Shown here in pieces: positions 11,481-24,790 of a stretch of 64,000 nucleotides of DNA. The DNA is from Felis catus (lineage: Eukaryota): assembly GCF_018350175.1 (NCBI RefSeq), contig NC_058368.1, positions 23,810,001 to 23,874,000 on the forward strand, written 5' to 3'. The notes below the pieces were generated by a model, which ran no database searches, was not told where the DNA came from, and saw nothing but the letters and a program-made list of their open reading frames with translations. Within the stretch, counting starts at the first letter, position 1. Each line of letters begins with the position of its first letter. Made by a program: the position numbers and the translations under genes.

Positions 11481-14436
11481 CATTAGTTGATTTTAACTAA
11501 CTGTTCATTACTGTTTCATGCACAAGACTCTTGAGGTCTGTAAAATAAAAGTTCTGAGATTAAATTTCTGGTCTTATTTTAATGGAATTCCTTTTTTTTC
11601 TTTTAAAGATGTATAAACAATGTAGGCCCTTACCATTATTTAGTTTGAGTGTTTCTTTCACCTTCCAATTAATTTTTTTCAGCCAACATTAGGAACTTGT
11701 TTGTAATTTAGAGAAAAGATACTGGAGGGTCAAAAGAAACATTCCAAATGCAATACTTTACTGTGAAACACACTGGCTTAAATAAAGAGAAGATAAACAT
11801 ACTTAACAGACATCCTGGTGTTTAGACCAGTTAAGGAAAAAATTAATCAAGAGGCCAAGAGATAGTTCAAATCACTCATGAATATTTAACATGAATTTCA
11901 TTAAGTCTAAGAACTTGAGAAGTGCTGTTATGCTTGAGAGATACCTGTGAAAACGTTCTATAATATCCAAATGCCAACTCCTGGATAGCTCTTTAATATC
12001 TCAATATTAATTCAGATATTAGAATTAAGAAAAATTAATAGAGCCAAATTAGGTACCTGATCAATGTAATCTTGTGCCTGGCTTAAATTGCCATTTTGCC
12101 AGGGAATAAGTGTTGAATAGAGACAAATATGGGATAACATTTTGAGAATTATGGTGTGGTTACAGTAACAGCGAGTAAGAAAGAACAGCTTGCTGACTCT
12201 AGACATTACTGAAACTTTTCCAAATGACTTCATCTTGGGGTTGGTCAACAGGAATGGAGAAAGGGGAAGTATGTTTTTACACCAATCGTCACATACCAAA
12301 TGTGGTGGAAGTCAACAGGTTTGGTTTATGTTTCTCTTTGCTTCATGAGGCTGGACATTCAGTGGTGATTGAAGTAGGGTGTGAGAAACCATTTGCAGCT
12401 TATGTATATTCATGATCTACACACTGATTTCTCCTTTTTATTTACCATATTCCACCTTGATGTCAAAAACTTCCATTTCAATCACACTAAGGAGATTTCT
12501 GAATCACCACCCCTTCATTTTCTTTTTTTTCTGCCTTATTTTAAATACTTCCTGTAGACCAACCTGATTAAGGTGAATTGTTGGAAGTAAGAATCACGTG
12601 GCTATAATAGGCGTCATTTTACCCACTAAAGATTATTTGATGGATCATTCAGGTGACTTCTTCAGTCAATCTTCTACGTGCCTCCTTTAAAGGTCAGATG
12701 ACTGGTAGAAGAGGATGATCTATCCTGAGAGAGGAGAGCCAATGTTTGGTAATGCATATGATACAGGAGAGAAATAGGGTGCATGAGGAAGCTCAGTCAG
12801 GAAATGAAGGGTTTGGTGCCCAAGTGATGTCTTTGTGTTCTCCTGGTTTGAGAATTACCTTCAAAAATTTGATTTTTTTTTTTCTGATGTTCAGACCCAA
12901 ACGTTCAATTCCATCCTCCTAACACCCATCTATACTGAGTCAGGAACAGGTTTTACACATTTTATTTTAATGGTAAATACAGCAGAAGCTCGAGTAAAGT
13001 TTTAAAAGTGCTTTGTGGTAAAGAATTATAGTAACAGAATATTTTAAATAGTGGGTAAATACTGATAATAATGCCAATAAAGTAGCTTTTCTTAACACTA
13101 CGAGGGACAGCTAAGTAGTAGTAGACAAGACAGGAATCTATTCTGGTCCTTGGTTTATTTCTGAACAAGATACTTTCCTGGTGGATGTCACTGCTTGCAT
13201 TTCTGATGACCATGCTCATGCAGACCCTCTTGATTCCAAGTAATTTAAAACCAAACTAACTTAAGGTGAAAAAAGAAACTTTATGAAATGATACTGGGCA
13301 TCCCAACTGGGTTTCATGAAGATAACTACTGCCGGGAGCATCTTGAGAAATAAGAAAGTCTTCTGAACCACCTTTTCAGCCCTGTTCCTCCCTGCAGATC
13401 TGCTGCCATTCTTAAAGCATAGATCTCCCTGTTTCCTAGCCATGATGGTGCAAAATGGCTGCTGTTCACAGAGCCAAAGCTTATGTGTTAGTTCTAGTCA
13501 CACTGAAGGAATCTTCTCTCTCCCATTCTCTCTTCATCCCTTCTACCCTCCCCCTGCCTCTACCACCTCTGCCACAGGTACAATTACTATGAAAGGGACA
13601 AGAGTAAATGGACTTGTCCGAACAAGTCCTGATGTATCTTAAATATTTTCAGGGAAAGTCGCTATTTCCTAAGAATAAGATAGCATTTAAAAGTATCTGA
13701 ACTACAAACTCATTTAATAAACTGTGCCCTTATTACACTCATTAACTTCCAGTCCTCCCATTAAGTTAAAATGTCTACCAAACAGAGTAGCTGGCATTTT
13801 GATATAGTTTACTCACCTGACAGAAGCTATTGGAAATCTGTGAATCAGAAGTATCTTACAAAGAGCCAGAAGGAACTCTTCTAGGACAGTGTTGTTATTT
13901 ACATCTTTAGAAACAGCAATACGACCTCTTGGTAGGATATGCTCTCTGGCTTAGGAGGGTACTCCTGCCATTCTTAGAGGCAGTAATTGAGTTAATGTCC
14001 ATTCTACATTCACTTCACTTTTAGAATTTCAAAATAATTTATTTCATATGAATTAAGTAGGTTTATTTCTTACATGTGAATTACAGGTACTACCACCACA
14101 ATGACTTTCTCTTAATTTAAAATGAAAACTTGAAATTAAATACTCTTCTCGTAGAAAAAAAAATGAAGTAACACCAGCTGAGAAAACAGTTGGTGACTGT
14201 GAGTTCTCATCATGAATTCATCTGGGCTTCTTTGAAATAAGCATAACATTAAAGATGAAAGAAAAAACTGTACCCTGCAGACTTAGTGATACCCATATTT
14301 GTGTTTATAAGCACCTTCCTTCAGAGATGCTAAAATCCTCAACCCCCAAAATGGTAAATTAACTAATGGTAAGTATATATTACATATCTTAACATTTCTC
14401 TGGGTATACTAGTACTTTAAAAAATAAAACTAAGGA

Positions 14437-14634
14437 GGGGCACCTGGGTGGCTTAGTTGGCTAAGCACTCGGTCAGTAAGTTCAAGCCCCGCATTGGGTT
14501 CTGTGTTGACAGTTCAGAGCTTAGAGCCTGGAGCCTGCTTCGGATTCTGTGTCTCCCCGTCTCTCTACCCCTTCCCCATTTATGCTCGCTTGCTCTCTCT
14601 CAAAAATAAATATTTTTAAAAATTAAAAAAATAT
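14437..14634 (+). mobile_element. Can-SINE (felid type) with small internal deletion
   Basis: 'ggggcacctgggtggctt' head; TSD ataaaactaagga at 14424-14436 and 14635-14647. Confidence 0.93.
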
Positions 14635-15949
14635 ATAAAACTAAGGAAAAAGCAATTGATTTGTATTTTTTTTTCTGTTTTGCCTGAAAACTGGAACTCT
14701 AAGGTAAGGTTTAGTGTTGGAGTTCCTTGCTTAAGGAAGTCCTTTCCCGTGACAGGTTTAGTGTCAATTCACAGGACTCGAGCATGTCTGTTTGCTTCTG
14801 TGCTGAGTATCAGAGCATTTGGACCAAGAGTTGAAGGTGACCAAATGCATATTAGAAGGAGACACCGTAGTGTTAACTAATTCTGAGTCAAATAATAAGT
14901 TACTGCTTGACAAGGAGATTCCTGAAATGTCTCCTCTTCTATGTCTCCTCACATAAGCACTGTGCTGACTTAATAGGAGAATATCAAGTTCATAGTGATG
15001 TCATTCCCACCTGAGGTAATTGTCCTTAGGAAAAAAGAGAAAAAGGCAGGGGAAAAAAAATCTCTGTTGATGTTAGGTTGAGGAGTCTATATTAGCAGAC
15101 TACATTAGTTTGTTCCAAGTTGACATACTGAGGACTGATACTGTTTGGTTCAATATATCTAGAAAGTCATGCTTTATTCCAAAGGTTCACACACCACTTG
15201 TGGCTCATTATGTAACTCTTTGCATTATAAAAATGACTTAAATTTATACTCAGGTCTAGATTAGCCTCTCTTTTTCATGAAAGGAAATTCTAACACACAG
15301 ATAGATCTCAGGGCTGTACATGACAGCAAAGCCAATGTCAGCACCCAATTAACATTTTCTAATGCCCACTTGGTGTCTAAAATTTTATCATAAGCTTGAT
15401 AGTTTTTATACAAAGAGAAAAGGCAATTTCTGTCTTGCAAGAACAGTTCAGCTTACGTTTCACATGCAGTACTGGGACCATCTTATCAGTATATTTATAT
15501 TCAATATCATCTAACCATATACTGTTGAGAAAGATTCAACCCAAACAAAAGTTAGATGTCTTAGTCAGCTGTTTCCAAACTTTTACACTATAAGAACCTC
15601 TTTTTAAAAAATCAGTTCCTCTGAAAATTTTATTTTTAGAAACCCCAATTTTTAAAGAATGAGATATCCATATCAAAGATTTATATTTAACACTATGTAT
15701 TAAGTGCATATTAAGTGATAGGCATGAGAATGAATAAACATAGTCTTTCCTCTCAAGAGGAAAAGTCTCAAGACTTTCCTCTGTGCTGTAAACTATTACT
15801 TTGACGTAAAGAATTTGCATTTTAGTAATCACAACAGCATCCACTTATATTTTAAAATACAAGTGCATAAGGCTGTGGGATTAATGTCTAAAAAATGTAG
15901 TTGACATATACCATTGGCAGATTATTTCCACCCAAATTCTGTGACCATT

Positions 15950-17361
15950 GTGTGCTCTTCAGGGACTCATTAATGTTGACGCCTCTTAGGTCCCAGAGCT
16001 AGGTGAGTTGAGAGCCAGTCCTTTGGGTGGGAGCTATAATAATTAGGGTACTAGATGTGTGGACAAGTTTATTCCACAGAGAATCTTGGGACTTGCTGTT
16101 ACTACTGGGTGGAGTCATGGGGAGACAATGGTGGATGTGACCTCCAGCTCTATCAGGCAACCAGAAGGATCCCTGTCAGCTTTTACATACAGGCTGACTA
16201 GGCTAGAACCTCAGGCAAAAGCTGGGGAAGTGTGCATTCAAATATTTCCCAGAGAGAAATTAAAAAATAGGTGTTTTTGCCTGTTCCCTCTGCCGATCCC
16301 AAGAGGATAGCTGCAGGATGTGCTTGCATGTCCATTAGAAGCTGTTTTGTTTGTTCAAAATGGTCCTGTGGGATTCATGCATTCCAGCCCCTACTGGGTA
16401 TCAGAGCTGGGTGACGTGATGCCTTCAGAGAGCCGCCACAAAAGTTGGCATACCAGATGTGTGTACAAGCTTCTTCCAGAGAGAAATGAGAGATTTGGTT
16501 TTAGTGATGGAGTAAGCCAGGGGAAGGGGAATGTGGGTAAGTGCCCATTAGGTCTTTTGGGCTCTATGGAGGGTCACAGTCAGCAACTTGATGCAGGCCG
16601 ATCAGAAGCTTAGACATTTAAGCAGCATCTGGGAAAGTGTGCAAACTCCTTCCGGGAGAAACCGGGAGATGTATGTTTTTGCTTATTCCCTCTGCATGGA
16701 TCTCAGGTGTATAGCCACAGGGAGTGTTTGCATATCCATTTAAAAACTGCTTCTAGGGGCACCTGGGTGGCTCAGTCTGTTAAGTGTCTGACTTCGGCTC
16801 AGGTCATGATCTTGCTGTCCCTGAGTTCTGGCCCTGCATCGGGCTCTGTGCTGACAGTTCAGAGCCTATAGCCTGTTGCAGATTCTGTGTCTCTCTCTCT
16901 CTCTGCCCCTCCCCCACTCACGCTTTGTCTCTGAAAAATGAATAAACTTTAAAAAAAAAATTTAAAAACTGCTTCCATGTTTGCTATATTCCTGTGGAAC
17001 TCATGAAACAAGCCTCATTGGCTTTCAAAGCTAGGTGATTTGAGGGCTACACCTCAGCTGTCAGCCTTAGAAAATGGGGTCCCAAATATAAGGGCCAAAC
17101 CCTTCACTCCTCTCAGAGAAGCCGGGAGTTGGGCGTTCCCTCCTGATTATAAGGCACTGTGGAGGTGTGAGGTTTATGGTAAGAATATGTTTCGGCCTTT
17201 TCTACCTTCAATATAGGTATTTTCTCGGTTGCCTGATGTGTAGAAGCCACATGAGGCTTCTACAAGAAGCCTTTTTTAAGAGGAAATTGATCACGTGTAG
17301 CTGTGTATTCTGTGTTTGTGGGAGAAAGGAAAGTCAGGAGTTTCCTCGGTCATCATCTTGG
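15950..17361 (-). mobile_element. Carnivore L1 5' UTR region with ~400-bp monomers, no ORFs attached
   Basis: Right end 'gaggaaattgatcacgtgtagctgtgtattc...tcctcggtcatcatcttgg' matches the antisense L1_Carn-type 5' terminus; three related repeat units. Confidence 0.75.
16756..16964 (+). mobile_element. Can-SINE (felid type) inside the L1 5' UTR
   Basis: Full head, (CT)n and A tail; TSD aaaaactgcttc on both sides. Confidence 0.95.
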
Positions 17362-17364
17362 TGA

Positions 17365-17480
17365 TGTTTCCATTTCTTCCTTTAGAACGCAGATCACAGT
17401 AACCCTACCTATACGATAGTGTTGTTGTAAGGATTAAACGAGTTAAAAGGTATGCGGCATTTAGAAATTATTATTATTAA
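17365..17480 (+). mobile_element. MIR 3' half
   Basis: 'ctacctatacgatagtgttgttgtaaggattaaacgag'. Confidence 0.7.
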
Positions 17481-18379
17481 TACTGTTACTTATTACTATT
17501 ACTATATTATTTTTACTGTTCAATGTTGTTCAATGTCATCAGGTCAGGTGCTGCATGAGCGCCTACCTGAATCCCAGCACAAAGAGCACAGCTTTCTAGT
17601 CCATCATGCACAACGGTGTGTCAAGATTTGGGTATGATGATTAAAAGTTCCATTTTACGTGATCTGAACTTTGGTTCATTCTGAGGGGATGCAGATGATT
17701 CAGGACTGTTCACTGTTTGTCAAGTTAGTACACTTATCCTTGTTTAATGCTTTATTGATCAGGAAAGTGTGTGGGCACTCTGCTCTGGAAGCTTTCTTGG
17801 AGGAGATCTAGTATTGATGTCTTATTGCCAAGGAGACTCTGCAGGTTATTTCTTTCCTTCACAGGAGCTGCTTAATAGCATCAGGTTATTGATCCATTTA
17901 CTGTATTTGGCCCCCTGGCAATGGTTAATGCTAGAAAGACTGCGTAATAAATTATTTTGCTTAGAGAGTTAGAAAATGAATCTTATCGTTGACTGAGGGA
18001 GGCACAGAGTATGGGTAGCTTTTAGATATCCCTCTACTGCTCTGAAGCAGGTTCTGGTCAATTGACTACACCCTTAAACATGTTCTTTTAGCACCTGTTT
18101 AGAGAACCTCCATTTTCAGATAACTCCCTTTTCACAGGATTGTATGAACTGCCATGAGGAGATGTGTTTTCTTTCTGTTAAAGTTAGAGGAATAGAAAAG
18201 AGTCCTATTTTAAAGACAAGAAAGAATCTGGGGTTTATGGGTAGAAGTCTCACTCCAAAAACCTGCATATTCCTCTTTCTGATGCCATTACATATTGGGA
18301 AAAAGCTATTATATGATAATATATTGATTAAAATACAGTGTGCCATAGATTATAGTAGATAGAGGTTCTTTTGATTCCA

Positions 18380-18560
18380 GCAGATAGAGGTTCAAACATT
18401 AACTCTAACATGTACTGCTCTGTGCTTGGGAATAAGTTACATAAAATTCTTTACTATAAAAAATATTACAAGATTATCTTTACTGGTTAGTGTAAGAAAG
18501 TAAATGAAATAAATATAGGACAAGTGAAACACAAGGGGCATGCCATAAATGTTAGTTTCT
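18380..18560 (+). mobile_element. MIR SINE
   Basis: 'gttcaaac...ctgtgtgcttgggaataagttac...taaatgaaataa...taaatgttagtt'. Confidence 0.6.
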
Positions 18561-20799
18561 ATCTGTCTGTCGTGTTGGAGTTGATTGACAAGGAAGAGCC
18601 ATTAGGTTCCAGTCTGGGCCTTCAAATGAAACTTGTGACAAAGCCTCCTTCCAGCCTCAGTGCAAAAACAATTTGGGGGGGGGGCACTCCTTTGGAGGGC
18701 ACCATACTAAGCAGGCTATTGCTTGGTTGATGGCTCTGAATAGAAAGCCTGACCTGGTGACAAATGGGTGGATTCTATTTATCTCTTGATTTTTCATCTG
18801 TTCTTAATGTTCTAAAAAATATCGCTATATAAATAAATGCAAGTGAGGAAAAGTTTGGAAATAAAATATTTCTCTGGCAAAACTTTATTAAATAAATTAA
18901 CCTATGTGAAAGCACTTTAGCAAACTACAAAACATTAGACAAATGCTGGCTCTGACTCCAGGGTTATGTAGCCTTAGGTATGGCTCCTTGACATTTTCTA
19001 GCACCAAACCAATTTCCCTTGGCTAAGAATACCTCAGGGAGCACAGTGTGGTAAAAGATGTCCTACCCTGCAGGCCTTTGCAGTGATGGGAAGGACAGCC
19101 TTAATTAGCATTTACCAAGAAGACCCCTGGTGAGGGTCTGCATCTCACCACGTCCAAAAAGTAGAAAAGATTTTTGCACCTATGCATTCCCACATTAGCA
19201 GCTCTCCCCTATGAAAACACACAAACACAAAAGTCCATGTACACGCATACTCTAGCCCATACGCACACTCACATTGCTGCCAGGTTATCAGGGGAAGGAG
19301 AGAATGAGTCACAGCTCTGGCTTCTCATTAGTCTAATGAGAAGACATGGGAATGAGAGAGTTTGCCCAGGTAATTTTCCCTCCATTACAAATTAAAGAAA
19401 ATTAAGGCTAGAAGTGATTGAGATTCTGGCTCTGCCATGGGAAATGTGAGGACTTGATCTCAGGATATTTCACCTTTTCTACTTTCAGTGGCTTTGGAAA
19501 CAAAAGAAATTGAGCGGTCTTTGTACTGAGAGCCATTTTATACAGGTGTGCACTCCAGAAAACTGATTTTGCAGTACTGGGGGAATATAGCTGTGTGCAT
19601 GGGGGCGAGGAAGAAAAAGGAGACGCTGCTTCATCTTGTATGGTTCCTGCTCTCTTGAAAATGACTTTATGAAGTGATCTAACACCACTCATGCACACAA
19701 GTTCTGAATCATATGTAAATAAGCCATATGCATACTGTGCTCCTTGAAATTTGTGCCCTTGTAGGGGATCTCGTCTTTTCTTCCATCTTCAGAATATTTC
19801 AAAGAAGGAAACTGTATGTCTTGAGTGAGTCATCCTCTCCTTAACATTGTCCTGAATAAGAATTAAGGGACTACCAATTCTTTCTGCACGTGCAAAAACC
19901 AAGAGGTTTTGTGGTTGGAGATGTCCACTTTCCTTGACTAAATTTCCCAAGAGTTCTGACTGCCATGCAAGTTACAGTCAACTAAGACGTCACAGCTGGC
20001 AGAGATCAGAAATGTGACTATTTGTCCCTCTTCATTTTCTCCATCTGTCCTTCTCTGTCTCCATGCCCTCCCCATCTTCCTCCCTCCCTCCCTCTCTCTC
20101 CCCCACACACATGCACACAACTTCTGGATAAAATAGGGTAATTGCCTGATAAGGGCCAACTAGCTATTTGATAGGTAGTATTGGTATGAAAGTGATCGGT
20201 CTGCACTTTGACATTGGAGTAGCTGGCATGGAGAGGTTGAGGCACATCTCTCTCTAACTGGAAACTTGAGTGGGGGATCAGATACCATTTGTATTTGCTC
20301 TTCTGCAATAGTCCACATACTGGTAAATGGCTTAGCGAATGCTTTCGTTCAGCAGTCTTTATCTCTTGAGATATAAAATGGAAGACTGTGTTTTACATAT
20401 GTAATCCTCTCTCATCATTCATTTAGCCTTTGGGATGTTTAATCAGGTCATCCTACCTGCTCTCCAGAGATTCATGGTATTTTCTTATTCACAGCCTCTT
20501 TAGGTACCAAATATAACGTATCTGGCCTCTACTGACTTCTTTGGACCAGGGATACCACTCCACTCCCCTCCTTTATCTAATATTAATATATTAGATGAAT
20601 GCCAAAACTCTATAGGTCAAAGTTCTCAACTGGAGGAAATGTAAGCACTAAATGCTCTAAAAGAAAAGGAAAACCTTGTAATCAGTAACCCTTTCCAACA
20701 GTTAAGAACACTCTGTAGGTAAGAGGTGACTTAAATTGTGTAAGAAATAGGAACAGAAAGTTGAAAACCAAGTATGACTTTAAGAACTCCAATCCTTCA

Positions 20800-21032
20800 G
20801 GGGCACCTGGGTGGCTCTATCAGTTAAGTGTCTGAGTTTGGTTAAGTGTCCGACTTTGGCTTAGGTCATGATCTCACAGTTTGTGGTTTCGAGCCCCATG
20901 TCTAGTTCTGCACTGACAGCTCAGAACCTGTGTCTCCCTCTCTCTCTCCCCCTCCCACACTCACACTCTGTCTCTCTCTCAAAAATAAACAAACATTTAA
21001 AAAATAACAATAAAATTAAAAACAAAGAAAAA
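20800..21032 (+). mobile_element. Can-SINE with internal 18-bp tandem duplication
   Basis: 'gttaagtgtctgagtttg gttaagtgtccgactttg'; degenerate TSD aagaactc...cctt. Confidence 0.92.
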
Positions 21033-21149
21033 AAGAACTCTGTTCCTTTAGGTCGGGGCCCCCAATGACTCAGTCTCCTTTAAGTTGTCCTCAACAATCA
21101 TAGCTGTTTTATTTTGACTAATAGACATGCTCATTTGTGTTGGGGCGCA

Positions 21150-22167
21150 CTTTTAAGTTTGTCTTTATTTTAATCTATACCTACTTCTTTTTATTTTGAG
21201 AATTAAAAAACATTAGAAATTTATCAAATATGTCAAAGATACATGTAATCAATACCCATATGTGCTCCATTTTCATGTATGTTCAATTTTATAAATGAGG
21301 AAAATGAATTTAAGGGCTCTTTCTCTCCTGTGCCTGCCTTCTCCTGCAGAGACATCTGCTATGGTAAATGCAATACAAACCTTTCCATGTTCATTGTTTT
21401 CTATTTTTAGAATATGATATCCATAAACACGGTGAATTTTAGCATACATAAAACTTTGTATCAATTATAAAATGGTGTATGTCTCTTTGCAACCTGCGTT
21501 TTCATTCCACACATTTTCAGATCTATGTGTGCTGGTATAGTATATACATACCAGATAGGACATATAGTATCTCTCTCTTCAACTGCATCACTATCTAATT
21601 TGAATATACCATATTTCATGCAACCAGTCCCCTAAGCCAAGTAATTCAAATTGTTACAATTTTTTCATTATAATGAGTACTGCTGCACTGAACACTATTG
21701 CCTATCTCTCTTTGTGAACATGGGTCTGATTTTTTTCCAGGGGAGTGCCCGAAAGTGGAAATGGTCAGTAATAATTACACCAAATTTATTCCCATCAATA
21801 TTGTAGGCAAGTTTGTATTTTTCTCATGGTCACTAGTGAATACCATTGTATTTTTTATTCATTCTAATTAGTAAGTGTGATACGATTTGAATGTTTCAAT
21901 CTATAGTTCGCTGATAAGTGAAGTGTCTTTTCAGATGTTCATTTGCCATTCTATATCCCTCCTCTGTGAATTGCATCTCTATTTCCTTTGCCCACTTAAT
22001 TTTTTTTTTCTCTAGATCAATTCTACCTTTCATGTGTAGATGTTGACTTCCCTTCTTTCCTTTGACTTCTAAGTTTATGATGCCACTATCAGGCTAAAAT
22101 CTAATCTTGAACGACATCAACCTGATTAATCTTTTCCTTTATGTGCTGTGCTTCTAGTGACCTGATT
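21150..22167 (-). mobile_element. Ancient L1 (L1ME-like) 3' remnant
   Basis: 'ttttcagatgttcatttgccattctatatccctcctctgtgaattgc...cctttgccca'. Confidence 0.6.
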
Positions 22168-22182
22168 AAAAAATACTTTCTA

Positions 22183-22613
22183 TCCATTCATCAGTTGATG
22201 GACATTTATATACACAATGGAATACTACGTGGCAATGAGAAAAAATGAAATATGGCCTTTTGTAGCAACGTGGATGGAACTGGAGAGTGTGATGCTAAGT
22301 GAAATAAGCCATACAGAGAAAGACAGATACCATATGGTTTCACTCTTATGTGGATCCTGAGAAACTTAACAGGAACCCATGGGGGAGGGGAAGGAAAAAA
22401 AAAAAAAAGAGGTTAGAGTGGGAGAGAGCCAAAGCATAAGAGACTGTTAAAAACTGAGAACAAACTGAGGGTTGATGGGGGGTGGGAGGGAGGAGAGGGT
22501 GGGTGATGGGTATTGAGGAGGGCACCTTTTGGGATGAGCACTGGGTGTTGTATGGAAACCAATTTGTCAATAAATTTCATATATAAAAATAAATAAATAA
22601 ATAAATAAAAGAA
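22183..22613 (+). mobile_element. Young felid L1 3' end with 5' inversion
   Basis: L1_Fc-type 3' UTR; perfect 15-bp TSD aaaaaatactttcta at 22168-22182 and 22614-22628; first ~26 bp inverted. Confidence 0.95.
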
Positions 22614-22657
22614 AAAAAATACTTTCTAATTTCAAAAACACAAAGGCTTTTCCTACA

Positions 22658-22935
22658 TTTTTTTTAAGTGTGTTTGTTTGTTTGTTTATTTACTTATTTA
22701 TTGAGAGAGGGGAGGGGAGGGGAGGGGAAGGGAGGGGAGGGGAGGGGCAGGGAGGGGAGGAGCCACAACATGAGTAGGGGAGGGGCAGAAAGAGGGAGGG
22801 AGAGAGAATCCCAAACAGGCTCTGCACTGTCAGCACAAATGCGGGGCTCCAACTCATGAACCATGAGATCCTGACCTGAGCAGACACCAAGAGTCTGACA
22901 CTTAAGCTTAATCAACTGAGCTATCCAGGTGCCCC
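22658..22935 (-). mobile_element. Can-SINE with expanded (GGGGA)n tract
   Basis: Tail, (GGGGA)n at 22709-22760, head ending 'ccaggtgcccc'. Confidence 0.9.
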
Positions 22936-23229
22936 TCCTCAGTTTCTTTCTTATAGTATAACACTTCCCTAATTCAGGTCTTTACATAATCTAGAATTCA
23001 CTTTTGTCTTTGATGAGAGAGGGGGACCCTGTTTGTTTTCTAAGTAGAGAGTACAGAGAGAGTATTCTCACACCATTTATGATATCAACTGCATGTTACC
23101 TTTCACAAACACTTGGCAGTATTTCTGGACTATCAGAACTAATTCCATCAAGTCATATCTGTGTAGATATTAGCAGGAACCCCAAGGCTCTCAGGACACC
23201 ATCATCATCTAGAGTTCTCCCAGTCTGAC

Positions 23230-23930
23230 CTCATCTTCAACCCTTTACTGGGTCCTCTAATATTTCCATTGTGTTGCAATTTTCTAACACAAGGGTCAGC
23301 AAAATTTCTTGTTCTCTGAAGGTTCTCTCTCTAAGGGCAACCACCTCATTTATGCATTGAATCCATGTCCCCTTACATTTTTAGATACGATGCCTGAAAC
23401 TGCCTTTCAATCTCATACATCATTAACTTCCCTGTCTTCTAGATCATTCAAAATAGTATACAAGAATACTATAATAAATAGTCATTAACCTTCCCTAGGC
23501 TCCATGTTTCCCTCCTGCCACTCCCTAGTCTCTTTCTTTTATAACAAATGTCTTCTCTGGATTCAATGTCCCCACTTCCTTGGACTCATCCATTCAGCTA
23601 CCTATGCCAGGCACAACGTTGCCTCCAAAGTCCAATGAGATTATACTTAATGTTGTTACCAGCTTGCCAAATCCAATAGCCAACTTTTATTTCATATTTA
23701 TTTGAACCACCAGAATTTAACACAAATAATCACTCATTCCTTGTTGAAGAAATTTCCTTATTTGGTTTCTAAGATATCAAACTGTATTTTTTTCCATTCT
23801 CACTGGCTTCTAATCTCAATTGCCTTTAATGGGTTCACTTCCTGCTCCTGGGCTCTATTAGATGCCCTCTGGTCTGAGTCCTTAGCCTTCCTCCTTTTTT
23901 ATTGAACATACCATGCATCTCATTGGATTT
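23230..23930 (+). mobile_element. L2 LINE remnant
   Basis: 'gccaaatccaatagccaacttt', 'cactcattccttgttgaa...ttggtttctaagat'. Confidence 0.65.
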
Positions 23931-24790
23931 GATTGGAATCTGCTAGACTTGTATTTTATTATTTGGGGCAAGACTGTAAGAAGAAGAATCTTAGTAACTT
24001 AGTTTTCTAACTATCAAAAGGTCTACATTATTCATGTAATTTGGATCAATTAATTCAAGGCTGGTGATTTTATTTTCATTGCAACCAAAAAATCCATATT
24101 TTTATAATAAATATATTTTACAGAATAAATTAATAATACTATATACACCATGGGCTTCCCAATTTAAATGGAAGGTTAAATTTCTGGGAGATTAGATATG
24201 TTTGGAAACTTGCCCTCTCTCAGTGAATAATAGGCACAGCATAATGAGATTTAAATGAGACCTTTCCTCTATTATGTATTCTCCCACACTGCCCTGTGTT
24301 CATTGATCACCTGTAGTCCCAGGATGTTAATATTCTCTGCCTTTTTTTCCTTACTTTTCTAAAAAAAAAACTTATCAGTATAATATTTTGAAATTGTATA
24401 GTACTCATATAATCAAAATTCTTTCCTCCTAAGTTTTATTCTCAAAAAAGAAACTGATCCAAAATGTTTAATTTCACTTTAATGAACAGAAAATTTTCAT
24501 GGTTGTAATCTTTCTTTCCTTCCTGTCTACACACACTACCTTGGTAATTAAAAAAAAATAATGAATAAAACCTTCAAAGAAGTAAAAATAAATTGTCAGT
24601 GGACATAAAAATATAAGTAAAATAGTGAAAAATTATAGCCATGCAAATAAGAGCGAAAAAAGAAAGTGGACATAGCTATAATACTAGATAAAAGAGGATT
24701 TTTAATATATTCTGTATTGTATTTAAGTTATACCTCTTGTAAAAAGCACAGAGCTCTGAAAACTTTTGTGTTTTTATTGGATTAGTCCAT

